Assembly (NCBI GenBank): GCA_963674965.2
Contig: CAXXFL010000002.1
Location: forward strand, 352,001-416,000
Direction: 5' to 3'
Source: a bacterium
GTDB taxonomy: Bacteria > RBG-13-61-14 > DATKZS01
Length of the DNA stretch: 64,000 nucleotides
The translations under genes were made by a program, and so were the position numbers. This document shows, piece after piece, positions 49,846 to 60,325 of the stretch. Each line of letters starts with the position of its first letter. The stretch's first letter is position 1. Below the pieces are notes generated by a model. That model made no database searches and had not been told where the DNA came from. It saw nothing but the letters and a program-made list of their open reading frames with translations.

Positions 49846-52800
49846 ATGGAAGACATGGGATTGGACCTTTTTGGGGCATGTTCCCGCTACGTTGATTTCA
49901 TCGGGTCCGAAAGATATTTCGAAAAGGTGATCGAAAATATCCCGCTGGGAGTTTTCATTCTCGACGAATCCGGGCGTTGTTTATATAAAAATGAGGCCTA
50001 CCAGCATCTATTGGGGTTCGAGAACGGAGACTGGTCTGGAACTCCCGCCGGCTCGAGGTCCCATCCAGACGACCTGGACAAGGCGGCCCAGGCTTTCCGG
50101 AGCGTATTATCGGGCGAGGCGGCCCGGTTTTCGGCTCGATCCAAAAAAAGGAATGGCAAGCCGGGCCATATTGATATAAAATTATCTCAACTTAAGGTCA
50201 GGGGCCAAGGCCTCGTGCTGGGCCTCGCCAGAGAGATCAAAGAGGAATCCGAAACCATGACGTCAACAAACACCAAAGAAGATTCCCCCAGCGACTCGAG
50301 TCGGGACGCGGCAAACGGTCACGGCCTTGCCGATTGCCTGATAAAGGCCATGGACGCGGTCTCGGACCTGGTGTGCGTCATCGATAAAGACTACAAGATC
50401 GTTCGAATAAACTCCGCCATGTCCAAGTCGATAGGTCTCGCGAGCGGGGACGCCGCGGGACGTCGTTGTACTGACGTGCTTTGTCACGCTCAGGACCCTC
50501 CTTCCTACTGCCCCCACCGCCTGGTGTTGAATGACGGGTCCGGGCACGGCGGCGAGGTCGAATTGTTCGGCAAGGGCGCAAAATTCGGCGTGAACGCCTA
50601 TCCGGTCCGCGACGGTTCCGGCCGCCTGGCGGGCAGCGTGGTGGTGGCCAAGGACGAGAGCAAGGCCTTGAAGGCCCTGGAAGAGATGATGAAAAAGGAC
50701 GCCTCGTACAAGTTTTACTTCGAGAACGTGAGCGACGTTATTTTCACTATGACGAGAGACGGGACCTTTACCAGCGTCTCTCCCTCGGTCGAGCGCTACC
50801 TCGGCTATAAGCCCGAGGAACTTCTAGGCAAGAAGATGCCCGAGATGGGCATAGTCGCTCCGGTACATCACGCCAAGAGCGGCCGGGAAGTTGACGCGGT
50901 TTTCGAAGGGCTGTCCTTCAGGATTTCCGAGTACGAGTTTATGGCCAGGGACGGGACCACGAGAGTGGGCGAGGTGAGCGGCTCTCCCCTTTTCGAGGAC
51001 GGAGAGGTCACCGCCTTCCTGGGCGTGGCCCGGGACATTACCGAGCGCAGGGTCGCCGAGGAAAGCAGAAGACAAGCCGAGGCCAGGTATTCAGCTCTTA
51101 TGGCGGACTCGCTTGACGCGGTTTTCGTGCACAACATAAAAGACGGGTCCCTGGAGGACTTGAACCAGGCGGCGCTCAAGCTGACCGGATACTCGAGGGA
51201 TGAAATTGAAAAAGTGGGCAACGAGGCCTTTTTTCCCGACGAGTCCCAGTACCGGCAAACGGCTGAACTTTATGCCGAACTGCTAAAACGGGGAGCACAT
51301 AGCCGGGTTGGCGAATTGACCATCAGGAAAAAGGACGGGGCGCTGGCTCGTATCGAGGTCACGACCTCGGTCCTAAGGGACAAGGACGGAGGTCCCGCCT
51401 ATTTCCAGAGCGTCGCTCGGGACAGGACGGATACGGCCAGGGTGGCGGCCGAGCGCGAGCGCCTGCTCAAGACCTATAAGCTGGAAAAGGGGCTCATGGA
51501 AAGCATGCTCGAGGCCGGCGGCATCAGGGAAGTGGCGAGGTCCATCGCCCCTGAGCTTAAGGACCTGATCGATTATGACTGTCTTTGCCTGTTTTTAGGG
51601 GATGGAAAAGTAGAGGAGGGATTCACCGTCGGCGAGAGAGTGGATTGCGGGGGAGACAATTGTTTAATGGCCGGCCTCGAAGAGCGGGTCATGTCCGCCG
51701 TCAAGAAGGCCGCGGACGAGATAATCACCGTTCATCTTGACGATTCGGCCCAGACGGGCGGCGTCTCGAGCGTTCTCGTGGCCCCACTGATCATTGACGG
51801 GAAAAAGTTTGGGACTTTGAACCTTGGGTCCTCCCATCAAATGGAGATCGGGGAACTGGAAAAATCGATCCTGGATGGTCTTCGCGCCAAGATGGCCCTG
51901 GTGGCCTCGCGTGAAAGTTACATCCACGAGCTTAAGGAACTTCGGCGACAAAAGGAGTTCGAGCACCTGAAACTTCGCTCCATGATCGACAATATAGACC
52001 AGGCCCTTCTGATGATCGACGACAAGGACTTGGTTATCGACTTGAACCTGGGAGCGGCCAGGCTCCTCGGCATGGACAGGGAAGACATGCTTGGCCGGGG
52101 CCTCGCCGAGGTCGTTTCCCCGGAGGTTATCCGGCGTTTCGCCGTCGTTCTCGAAGAAGTTAAATCGGGACGGGTCAAGACGGGCTCCGTGAATACGCGC
52201 CTTGGCAAGGAATGGATGGACGTGAGTCTGGTGGCCATAGGAGAAGGTCTTCCCGCCTACAACGGCTGCATATTGAGCTTCGTTAACGTGACCGGCCTGG
52301 TCGAGGCCCAGGCCCGGGCGGAGGAGGCCTCGCGCTCGAAGAGCAACTTCCTGGCCAACATGTCCCATGAGATCAGGACGCCAATGAACGGCATACTGGG
52401 GTTCGCCGAACTTCTGGCCGGCTCGTCCCTGACCGACAAGCAGGCCCATTACGTCGAGACCATCACCAAGAGCGGCCACCATCTGCTCCACCTTATCAAC
52501 CAGATACTCGATCTTTCCAGGATCGAGGCGGGCCGGGAGAGCCTCGACGAGGAGCCCTTCAACCCGGCGCGCCTGGCCCTCGAGGTGGCCGAGATGGTAC
52601 GGCCCCAGGCGGAAAAGAAGGGACTCACGCTTCGGGTACTTCATTCCCCCTTCCTCCCCGACCTGGTGGTGGGAGACGGGGCCAAGATAAGACAGGTACT
52701 GCTTAACCTGGCCGGCAACGCGGTCAAGTTCACCGAGGAGGGAGAGGTCTCGATCGATATCGGGCTAAGTGACGACCACGTACTGGTAGCGAGCGTCACC

Positions 52801-53895
52801 GACACTGGTCCCGGTATTCCCAAGAGACAGCAGGACAGGATTTTCAAGGCCTTCGAGCAGTCGGAGGGGGGATTGAACAGGAGATATGAAGGCACCGGCC
52901 TGGGCCTGGCCATTTCCTCGAAGCTGGTGGAACTCCTTGGCGGGACCATCCAACTCGACAGCGATCATGGAAAGGGGGCCAGGTTCCTGATCGGCGTGCC
53001 CGTGCGCGCCATGAGCGACGAGTCGGGATTGAAAGGCGGCGCTCTTCTCGATAGTCTCGAGGAAGAGGAGAGGGCCGAAGTCCCTAAAATAGTCCTCGTT
53101 ATCGACGACGACCCCCAGGTGCGGGAGGTGCTCAAGGCCATGCTGGCCAAGTTCGGTTTCAATCCCATGCTGGTGGCCAACGGGGAGGACGGCATAACCA
53201 GGGCCCAGTTCTACGAGCCGGCCGCTATAATACTGGACGTTCGCCTTCCGGACAGGACGGGCTGGGATGTCCTTGACGTCTTGAAGAAGGACCCGATAAC
53301 CAAGGACATTCCGGTTATCATGGGAACGGTCCAGGATAAAAGCCGGGACGTCAAGGCGGAGGGCGCCGACGGCTGGCTCACCAAGCCCTTTTCCATGCTC
53401 GAGCTCGAGAAGGCCCTGCACGGATGCGGGCTAAAATGCAAGCCGGTCAAGCGAAGGCGCAAATCGAGACCGGCGGCCGAGAAGGGTCCTGGCGCCGGGC
53501 GATCGGGCGGTCCTAAAAAGATACTAATAGTAGAGGACAACTTGACCAATCGTGAGGTCATGCGGGAGGTCCTGAAAGAACGGGGGTTCGCGGTGGTCGA
53601 GGCGGAGGACGGGTCCGAGGGAATCCGCCTGGTGGAAAAGATAAATCCCGACCTCGTGATCATGGACGTCATGATGCCGGTCATGGACGGGCTCGAGGCC
53701 ACCAGGATCATCAGGGCGAGTGAAAGACACGCGGACCTTCCCATTATCGCGGTCACGGCCTCGGCCATGGACGTGGACAGGGAAAAATGCGTCGAGGCCG
53801 GCGTGACCGAGTTCATCGCCAAGCCCATAGTTTGCGATGAGCTTCTTAAAGTGGTCGAGGACCTTCTTGACTCGGACGACAAGGAAAATAAATGA
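49846..53895 (+). CDS. Multi-PAS/GAF hybrid histidine kinase with two receiver domains
   Basis: Several PAS repeats, GAF-like segment, FLANMSHEIRTP, NAVKFT, GTGLGL, two REC domains. Confidence 0.92.
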   Translation: MEDMGLDLFGACSRYVDFIGSERYFEKVIENIPLGVFILDESGRCLYKNEAYQHLLGFENGDWSGTPAGSRSHPDDLDKAAQAFRSVLSGEAARFSARSKKRNGKPGHIDIKLSQLKVRGQGLVLGLAREIKEESETMTSTNTKEDSPSDSSRDAANGHGLADCLIKAMDAVSDLVCVIDKDYKIVRINSAMSKSIGLASGDAAGRRCTDVLCHAQDPPSYCPHRLVLNDGSGHGGEVELFGKGAKFGVNAYPVRDGSGRLAGSVVVAKDESKALKALEEMMKKDASYKFYFENVSDVIFTMTRDGTFTSVSPSVERYLGYKPEELLGKKMPEMGIVAPVHHAKSGREVDAVFEGLSFRISEYEFMARDGTTRVGEVSGSPLFEDGEVTAFLGVARDITERRVAEESRRQAEARYSALMADSLDAVFVHNIKDGSLEDLNQAALKLTGYSRDEIEKVGNEAFFPDESQYRQTAELYAELLKRGAHSRVGELTIRKKDGALARIEVTTSVLRDKDGGPAYFQSVARDRTDTARVAAERERLLKTYKLEKGLMESMLEAGGIREVARSIAPELKDLIDYDCLCLFLGDGKVEEGFTVGERVDCGGDNCLMAGLEERVMSAVKKAADEIITVHLDDSAQTGGVSSVLVAPLIIDGKKFGTLNLGSSHQMEIGELEKSILDGLRAKMALVASRESYIHELKELRRQKEFEHLKLRSMIDNIDQALLMIDDKDLVIDLNLGAARLLGMDREDMLGRGLAEVVSPEVIRRFAVVLEEVKSGRVKTGSVNTRLGKEWMDVSLVAIGEGLPAYNGCILSFVNVTGLVEAQARAEEASRSKSNFLANMSHEIRTPMNGILGFAELLAGSSLTDKQAHYVETITKSGHHLLHLINQILDLSRIEAGRESLDEEPFNPARLALEVAEMVRPQAEKKGLTLRVLHSPFLPDLVVGDGAKIRQVLLNLAGNAVKFTEEGEVSIDIGLSDDHVLVASVTDTGPGIPKRQQDRIFKAFEQSEGGLNRRYEGTGLGLAISSKLVELLGGTIQLDSDHGKGARFLIGVPVRAMSDESGLKGGALLDSLEEEERAEVPKIVLVIDDDPQVREVLKAMLAKFGFNPMLVANGEDGITRAQFYEPAAIILDVRLPDRTGWDVLDVLKKDPITKDIPVIMGTVQDKSRDVKAEGADGWLTKPFSMLELEKALHGCGLKCKPVKRRRKSRPAAEKGPGAGRSGGPKKILIVEDNLTNREVMREVLKERGFAVVEAEDGSEGIRLVEKINPDLVIMDVMMPVMDGLEATRIIRASERHADLPIIAVTASAMDVDREKCVEAGVTEFIAKPIVCDELLKVVEDLLDSDDKENK

Positions 53896-55034
53896 TAGGA
53901 AACCAGGCGGCGAGATCAGGGATATCCGGTGAACGGCCCGCCAAGACGGGTCTCATACTGGTGGTGGACGACAACGCTCCCAATCGGCAGCTTGTAAGGG
54001 AGGCCCTCCAGTCGAGAGGATATGGGGTCATCGAGGCCGAGGAGGGAATCAGTGGGTTCCGAATGGCCATCGAGAAGTCTCCCGACCTCGTCTTGCTCGA
54101 CATAATGATGCCGGAGGTGGACGGGTTCCAGGTGTGCGCCCAGCTCAAGAAACATCCTTCCACTCAAGGCATACCCGTAATATTCATTACCGGCCTGGAC
54201 AAGATGCAGGACGTTCTGAAGGGCTTTAAAATGGGGGCCGCCGATTACGTGGTGAAACCTCTCAAGGTGGCCGAGCTGCTTGCCCGGGTGGAAACGCACC
54301 TGAAAATAAGAAGACTGGAAAAAGAGAGGCTGTCCTCCCTCGAGGCCAGGATGAACGCCGGCCATTGGGAGTCCATTCAGGAAATCTCGGAGGGGCTCTC
54401 CCATAACTTCAACAATATCCTGGCGGCCGCCATCGGAAACCTCCAGTATCTGCGCTCCGCCCTCTCCGACGAGGAGTTGATCGAGGCCGCCGACGACTGC
54501 ATGGCGTCTCTTATGAGGGCCAAGGGATTAGTCGAGCTTTTGCAAACCTACCAGAGACTCGAGCCCGATTTCGACGCCCGAGGCGTGGCCGACGTTATCG
54601 CTCACGCCGCGGAAAAGGCCAAAGAGGAAGTGGGCGGGCAAACCCAGGTGGAATTCGACCGCGACTCTTGTTCCCTCGATATGACCTCGGGATGCGCTCC
54701 CTACGTGGGACAGGCCCTTCGGGAAATCTTTAAAAACGCCCTCGAGGCGGCCATGAAAACGGGAGGAAAAGTAAAAGTCGAGACCTGCGCCCTCGAGTAC
54801 GCGGACGAGGGAACAAAAAGAGTCAAGGTGATTGTAAAGGACGAGGGCCCGGGCTTGGAGGATGAGGTTAAAAGCAGAGTGTTCCTTCCCTTCTTCAGCA
54901 CGAAAAACACGGTGGGAGTGGGGCTGGGACTGTTTTCAGCCAAGATAGCCCTCGAGCAGATCGGCGGAAAAATCGAGGTCCGGCCCGGCAAGGAGGGAGG
55001 GGCCGAGGCGGAAATCGAGTTCCCGCTCAATTAA
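53892..55034 (+). CDS. Receiver-histidine kinase hybrid
   Basis: VVDD...LLDIMMP REC; SHNFNN; NALEA, DEGPG, PFFSTK, GLGL. Confidence 0.9.
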   Translation: MIGNQAARSGISGERPAKTGLILVVDDNAPNRQLVREALQSRGYGVIEAEEGISGFRMAIEKSPDLVLLDIMMPEVDGFQVCAQLKKHPSTQGIPVIFITGLDKMQDVLKGFKMGAADYVVKPLKVAELLARVETHLKIRRLEKERLSSLEARMNAGHWESIQEISEGLSHNFNNILAAAIGNLQYLRSALSDEELIEAADDCMASLMRAKGLVELLQTYQRLEPDFDARGVADVIAHAAEKAKEEVGGQTQVEFDRDSCSLDMTSGCAPYVGQALREIFKNALEAAMKTGGKVKVETCALEYADEGTKRVKVIVKDEGPGLEDEVKSRVFLPFFSTKNTVGVGLGLFSAKIALEQIGGKIEVRPGKEGGAEAEIEFPLN

Positions 55035-55354
55035 TACTTAAGAATTCGCGCCGACTGCTCGGAAAAATGCTGGATATAACGCTCCAGATGATGGTTGTTT
55101 AGCCAAAGGCTAACGGGCTCGACCCGGCGAAAGGAAGATGAGTCCTCTTTCCGGGATTGCTGAAGGTGAAGCTTGCGGCTGATCATGAGCTGCTCCCGAA
55201 GGTCGTCGTCATATATCATCTCGCGAGTCATGCGCTCGGGAAAAACGTACTCCTCCTCGCAACCGCAACTGAATATTCCACGATGCTCCAGCGTAACCGG
55301 GTCCACGTCGAACTTTACGAACGAGTATTCCTCCAGGCACTTGTTGCAAATCAT
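55031..55354 (-). CDS. Small hypothetical protein with CxxC...CxC motif
   Basis: MICNKC...FSCGC; AGGAGG RBS. Confidence 0.6.
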   Translation of the reverse strand: MICNKCLEEYSFVKFDVDPVTLEHRGIFSCGCEEEYVFPERMTREMIYDDDLREQLMISRKLHLQQSRKEDSSSFRRVEPVSLWLNNHHLERYIQHFSEQSARILKY

Positions 55355-55673
55355 CTCGCGGCTTTCCTCCTGCTTGGTCCAAACCGATAAATAAATCGCC
55401 CGCTTATCTTGATCCCCACTGTTTTACATATACTAAATATAGTGGAATGTCAAGTTAAAAGTGCATTTTTATATTATATCGCCGCCCGAGCCGGATGTAA
55501 TGAAATAACGAGCATAATATACCCGGTAGCGAGCGAACCAATTGGCAATATAAGCCCTACAAAAGTTAATGAAATTAACGGCGATCTTTTTTTGCAAGAA
55601 CGAAACAAATAAGTTATTTGCCTGGAAAAGAATATGTTGTATTATTAGAAAAAGCGCCGAAAGGGAGGGGAAT

Positions 55674-56249
55674 ATGGACCTAACCGCGAAAAAGCACGTC
55701 GGAATCATTCCGCCCAGGCAAACCAAAAATAAAGTTTATCTGGATGATTTCAAAAACGTTATCACGGGCAGTTGGAACCTGGTGCCCAACGTTCTTTTCT
55801 ATCATCTTACTTATAAAAGGCTCCTTGAGGTCTTTTCCACGGGCGCCACCTACGACGTCGTCATCGCCGCCAGGATGAGAGACGACGCCGCACCCGAGGA
55901 AAACAATATTTTCAAGGCATTGACCAAGGCGAGGCTGGATATGGGCCTCAAGACGGTCTTCCTTATTTCCTACAACACATTTATGGCCAAGATGTCGGGC
56001 ATGGACGCAAACGCCGAGCAGGCCCTGATCGACGAGATATTCAAGCGACAGTACGAGGTGGCCGACCCTCCCCTGGGCGGAGTGGTACAGACGACCTCGA
56101 CCGAGCCCGTCTTCCTCCTTAGCGTGGTGGCCGATATAATCGAGGGACCTAACCGATACCTGGGAAGAAGCACTATCCATACCATTGAAAACCAGTCCCA
56201 TTTCCTCAACCATCCACCGGGAGAAACCATGGTGGGAATAAGGCAGTGA
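55674..56249 (+). CDS. Hypothetical protein
   Basis: GGAGGG RBS before ATG 55674; coding-like composition; no family recognised. Confidence 0.6.
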   Translation: MDLTAKKHVGIIPPRQTKNKVYLDDFKNVITGSWNLVPNVLFYHLTYKRLLEVFSTGATYDVVIAARMRDDAAPEENNIFKALTKARLDMGLKTVFLISYNTFMAKMSGMDANAEQALIDEIFKRQYEVADPPLGGVVQTTSTEPVFLLSVVADIIEGPNRYLGRSTIHTIENQSHFLNHPPGETMVGIRQ

Positions 56250-56501
56250 GCCGCCCTTAATAAGGGACCCGTCAAACGGTTTTCGACTTTTACTTTGCCG
56301 CGATTGGAAATCTTCCCCTTTCGCCTTATATAATATCACCCGAACTTTGCGCGGCTGACATCGCGGGTAGATCGCGCCTCTTCCGTCCCACCCGGGAACC
56401 GGGAGAGCGCGGCTTATGTCCGAATATTATTCAGGAACGAGGCGTATTCGCGAAGACCCGCGGATTTGGATCACCTTAACGGAACATGGAGGCATTGCGG
56501 C

Positions 56502-59066
56502 ATGAAGAAAGGACGCCAAGTCGATGGCATAAAAGTTTTGGGAAACCCCGCGCGGATCATCGGGCTTCTGGCCCTGGTCCTCTTGCTGGCGGGAAGCTGC
56601 ACGGGCAAGGGATGCTCCTGCAAGGGATGCGGGAAAGACGGCGCGGACTCGGGAAAATCCGGACCCGGCGCCGACGGAGGCAAAGTCGTCAAGTCCGGCT
56701 CGACCGCCGACAAGGCGCCGGGAGGCGACGCGGCCAAACCAGGCGGGACCTCTCCCGATTCCGGCGGGGATAAGACGGCGACGGGCGGCCCCGGCCAGGA
56801 CAAGACCAAGTCCGGCCCGACCACTCTTCCCGGCGCGGACAAGCCGCGGCCCGGCGACCCGGCCGATCCAAAACAGAAAGAGAAACTCAAGGACATGATA
56901 CTGGAGGGAGACGGGGCCAATCCGCCCGCGGCCCCCACCGGCCTGGCCGCCATGGCGGTGGACGGAGTAAACGTGGCCTTGACCTGGAACGACGTCTCCA
57001 ACGAGGAGTACGAGTACCAGGTGGACAGGGCCAACGAGTCCATGGCCTTCTCCGTGGCCCATCGTCTGGGAGCCAACTCCCAGACCGTGGTCGACGGTCC
57101 CCTCGATCCCGGGACCTACGAGTACAGGGTGAGGGCCATCGGAGCGGGAGGGGCCTCGCCCTTCTCGGGGCCCGTGTCCGTCACCCTCGAGGGAGCGGGC
57201 GACCCGCCCGAGGCCCCCACCGGCCTGTCGGCCGCGCCCGACCCGTCCATGCGCGTCTACCTGGCCTGGAAGGACAACGCCGACGACGAGACCTATTTCC
57301 GGATCGAGCGGGAGGACGAGCAGGGGGAATATATCGACCTGGCCATGCTGGGCCCGAACGTCGAGACCTATGAGGACAATATCGTCGAGGGAGGAAAGAC
57401 TTACTCCTATAAACTATACGCCGGAAACGAGGCGGGAGAGTCCGGTCCCGCCGGACCGGTCTCGGCCGACCTCGAGGAAGTGGAAGAGCCGCCCGCGGCC
57501 CCCACCGGCCTTGCCTTCGACGTCATCAGCCCCATGAAGGCCGAGCTCCGCTGGAAGGACGAGTCGGACAACGAGACCTCTTTCATCGTCCAGGAGAAAA
57601 AGTCGGGCTTCGCCGGCTTCGTGCCCATCGATGAAACCGAGGCGGACGAGGACTCGATTACCCTGACCGCCCTGACCCCGGGCAAGTCTTATACCATGAG
57701 GGTCATCGCCAGGAACGCCGCGGGTGACAGCGAGCCCTCCAACGAGGTGACCTTCCAGACCCAGGGGTCCGGGTCACTGGCCAACGCCGTGATTACCGTC
57801 TCGCCCGACGGGACATTGACCATCGACAACCAGGTGGGGCAGGGCGCCCCGGCCCTCGAGCTTATCGAGTCCTCCGCCTCCGGCGGCGGAGTCACGGCCC
57901 GCATAGCCGTTACCAACGCCGATCCGACGGTCCAGCTCGAGAACGTTTACGTCGTGATCGAGGACTCGAGCGAGGAGGGCGTCACCCTGCAAGGCTGCGA
58001 CCGCGGCCCGGACTCCTGCTCGGTCGGCGAGGGCGCGAGCAACAACGACCCGGTCGGTTACCAGTACGTCGAGGGCGGCGAGAAGGGCCAGGCGCCCCTG
58101 GGCGGGGAAATGCTGGACTTCGGAAAAATGACCAACGCCACCTGGGCCGTTCGCGATATCTGGCCCACCTGCGGCCAGGTCGGGGTCGAGTGGAATATCC
58201 AGGGCCTGGGAGGACAGACCGAACTGGCGGCCGCCATCTTCGGGGAAAAGGTACCCGCCGACTTCAGGCTGGACGCCAGGTACAACAAGGACAACTCCCT
58301 TTTCCTGGTCGAGGCCTATACGATAGGAGTAGACGCGGGAGACGGCTATCATGAACCGGGATCGAGAAACAATCCCACCGCCCGGCCCGTGACCTCCCTA
58401 AATAAGGGCGACCTCTTCGCGGTCAACGTCTCCATCGAGGCCGGCGACTGGATGGAAAGGCAGGGGAACATGGGAAGGTACCTGCCCGCGCCCAACGCCG
58501 ACTACAAGTACTGGAAGCGCATTCCATTCGCCGTGACCTACGACCCGGCCGTGGTAAGGCCCATCTCGAGCAATAAAACAACGCCGGAGGGAGTGAAGGT
58601 AACCCCGGGCATACTCGATCCCATCAAGGCGCCCAACCAGCTTGACGACGGGTTCCTTATAACCTGGCAGAACAAGCACGACGACCTGGGGTACATGGGC
58701 GTGTTCACGGAGTATACCAAATTCACCTTTGATGAGGGAGAAGACGGCAATACCGTCTGTGGGCACTGCGGGCAGGAGGGATTCGTCAACGCGGCCGGCG
58801 TCAGCCAGGGACCGGACGCCGACGTCGAGACCACCCTGGCGGTCATCTATTTCGAGGTGATCGGCGAGGCGGGAACGGGAACGGCCATTCGGATAGCGCC
58901 CCGGCCCCATACGGGGTTCCAGCTTTACAAGACGAACGGGACCATTAAAGACGGGGACGACCAGGAGGTGAACGACGTCTACCTCGAGGTCAATCCCAGC
59001 CTCCCTCCCACCATATCCCTCGAGGGAGACCAGCAGGTGAATGAAACGTATATATGCGTTCAGTAA
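56502..59066 (+). CDS. Surface lipoprotein with low-complexity linker and three fibronectin type III repeats
   Basis: LAGSC lipobox-like; G/P/D/K linker; three PxAPTGL..W.D....E...Y repeats; beta-rich C-terminus. Confidence 0.85.
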   Translation: MKKGRQVDGIKVLGNPARIIGLLALVLLLAGSCTGKGCSCKGCGKDGADSGKSGPGADGGKVVKSGSTADKAPGGDAAKPGGTSPDSGGDKTATGGPGQDKTKSGPTTLPGADKPRPGDPADPKQKEKLKDMILEGDGANPPAAPTGLAAMAVDGVNVALTWNDVSNEEYEYQVDRANESMAFSVAHRLGANSQTVVDGPLDPGTYEYRVRAIGAGGASPFSGPVSVTLEGAGDPPEAPTGLSAAPDPSMRVYLAWKDNADDETYFRIEREDEQGEYIDLAMLGPNVETYEDNIVEGGKTYSYKLYAGNEAGESGPAGPVSADLEEVEEPPAAPTGLAFDVISPMKAELRWKDESDNETSFIVQEKKSGFAGFVPIDETEADEDSITLTALTPGKSYTMRVIARNAAGDSEPSNEVTFQTQGSGSLANAVITVSPDGTLTIDNQVGQGAPALELIESSASGGGVTARIAVTNADPTVQLENVYVVIEDSSEEGVTLQGCDRGPDSCSVGEGASNNDPVGYQYVEGGEKGQAPLGGEMLDFGKMTNATWAVRDIWPTCGQVGVEWNIQGLGGQTELAAAIFGEKVPADFRLDARYNKDNSLFLVEAYTIGVDAGDGYHEPGSRNNPTARPVTSLNKGDLFAVNVSIEAGDWMERQGNMGRYLPAPNADYKYWKRIPFAVTYDPAVVRPISSNKTTPEGVKVTPGILDPIKAPNQLDDGFLITWQNKHDDLGYMGVFTEYTKFTFDEGEDGNTVCGHCGQEGFVNAAGVSQGPDADVETTLAVIYFEVIGEAGTGTAIRIAPRPHTGFQLYKTNGTIKDGDDQEVNDVYLEVNPSLPPTISLEGDQQVNETYICVQ

Positions 59067-59086
59067 CGGGTAAAGAAAATTCAGCC

Positions 59087-60325
59087 ATGGCGCCGGAGGC
59101 GTTGAAGAAAATAAAGTCGCCTTTTTTGCCGGCGGTCCTTGCCGTTTCGCTTCTGGCGTGCCTGATGGCAGCGGCCGGCGCGGCGGGGCCCTCCTCGTCA
59201 GGCGGCAAGGGTAAACTCCGCCCACCCACTCATCCGATTAGGGCCGTCCAGGTGATGACCCTCGAGTGCGACGACTGGGATGAAGTAAGCCAAAGGCTCG
59301 ACCGGTTCAAGGCCGCCGGGGTCAACGCCATTATTCTTCGCGTGTTCCACAACCCCGGCGACGGCTATTACAAGTTCGCCGCGCAAGGGGCCCCGGCCGG
59401 GGTGTATTTCAAGACCTCGAGGCTGCCGGTGGTGGCCGACGTCCTCGGGCCCTTTTGCGAGCTGGCTCAGAAGAAAGGCCTGGTTACCATCGCCTGGATG
59501 ACCAGCCGCTACGCCATTTACGGCCACGAGGAGGAAATGTCGCTTCGGTGCATGGCCTGGGAATTCGGGTCGAAAAAGGCCGTCGCGACTCGGGGTTTCT
59601 CTCCCATATTGCCCGAGGCCCGGGAAAGGACCGCCGAGGTCTTCCGCGACCTGGCCGCGTATCCCATCCAGGGCGTGCTCATCCAGGACGACCTCATGCT
59701 TAAACATACGGAGGGCATGAATCCCATCGCCAGGAAAATATACAAGGCGGAGACGGGTAGGGAGGCCGACCCGGACAAGTTTTTCCTCGAGGTCGAGAAA
59801 AGGGGAAGCGGTTATATCGTGACCAAATACTCGGACGAGTTCGACCACTGGCGCAGGTGGAAGAACTCCAAGATAATCGAGTTCGCCGAGCGAATGAGAA
59901 AAGAGGTCCAGTCGGCAAGGCCGGGCGTGCCCGTGGGCGTGAACATGTATTACGAGACGCTCACCTCGCCGGACGACGCCTTGACCTGGTTCTCCCAGGA
60001 CGTGGACGCGGCCATGGCGTCCAACCTGGACTTCTACGCCTTTATGTTCTATCACCGGCAGATGGCAAAGGAGCTTAATTTGTCCACCGCCGAGACCTTC
60101 GATCTTATCGGCCGGTCATTGGCCTCGATTATGCCAAGGGTCGACTTTCCCCAGCGGGTGTGGGTAAAGGCTCAAACCGTGGACTGGGACACCGGGGCCA
60201 GGGTACCCAGCTCCGAGCTGACCCGGATGCTGAACCTGGCCAAGAAATCGGGTAACGTCGGACTGGCCGTGATACCGGCGAAAAAATCCCTGGACCTTGA
60301 AGCGTTGAAGGAGGCGTATCGTTGA
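59087..60325 (+). CDS. Secreted PgaB C-terminal-like TIM-barrel glycoside hydrolase
   Basis: Signal peptide; GVYF...LPVVADV, AWM, FRDLA, GVLIQDD, WFSQD pattern resembling the PgaB GH domain. Confidence 0.65.
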   Translation: MAPEALKKIKSPFLPAVLAVSLLACLMAAAGAAGPSSSGGKGKLRPPTHPIRAVQVMTLECDDWDEVSQRLDRFKAAGVNAIILRVFHNPGDGYYKFAAQGAPAGVYFKTSRLPVVADVLGPFCELAQKKGLVTIAWMTSRYAIYGHEEEMSLRCMAWEFGSKKAVATRGFSPILPEARERTAEVFRDLAAYPIQGVLIQDDLMLKHTEGMNPIARKIYKAETGREADPDKFFLEVEKRGSGYIVTKYSDEFDHWRRWKNSKIIEFAERMRKEVQSARPGVPVGVNMYYETLTSPDDALTWFSQDVDAAMASNLDFYAFMFYHRQMAKELNLSTAETFDLIGRSLASIMPRVDFPQRVWVKAQTVDWDTGARVPSSELTRMLNLAKKSGNVGLAVIPAKKSLDLEALKEAYR

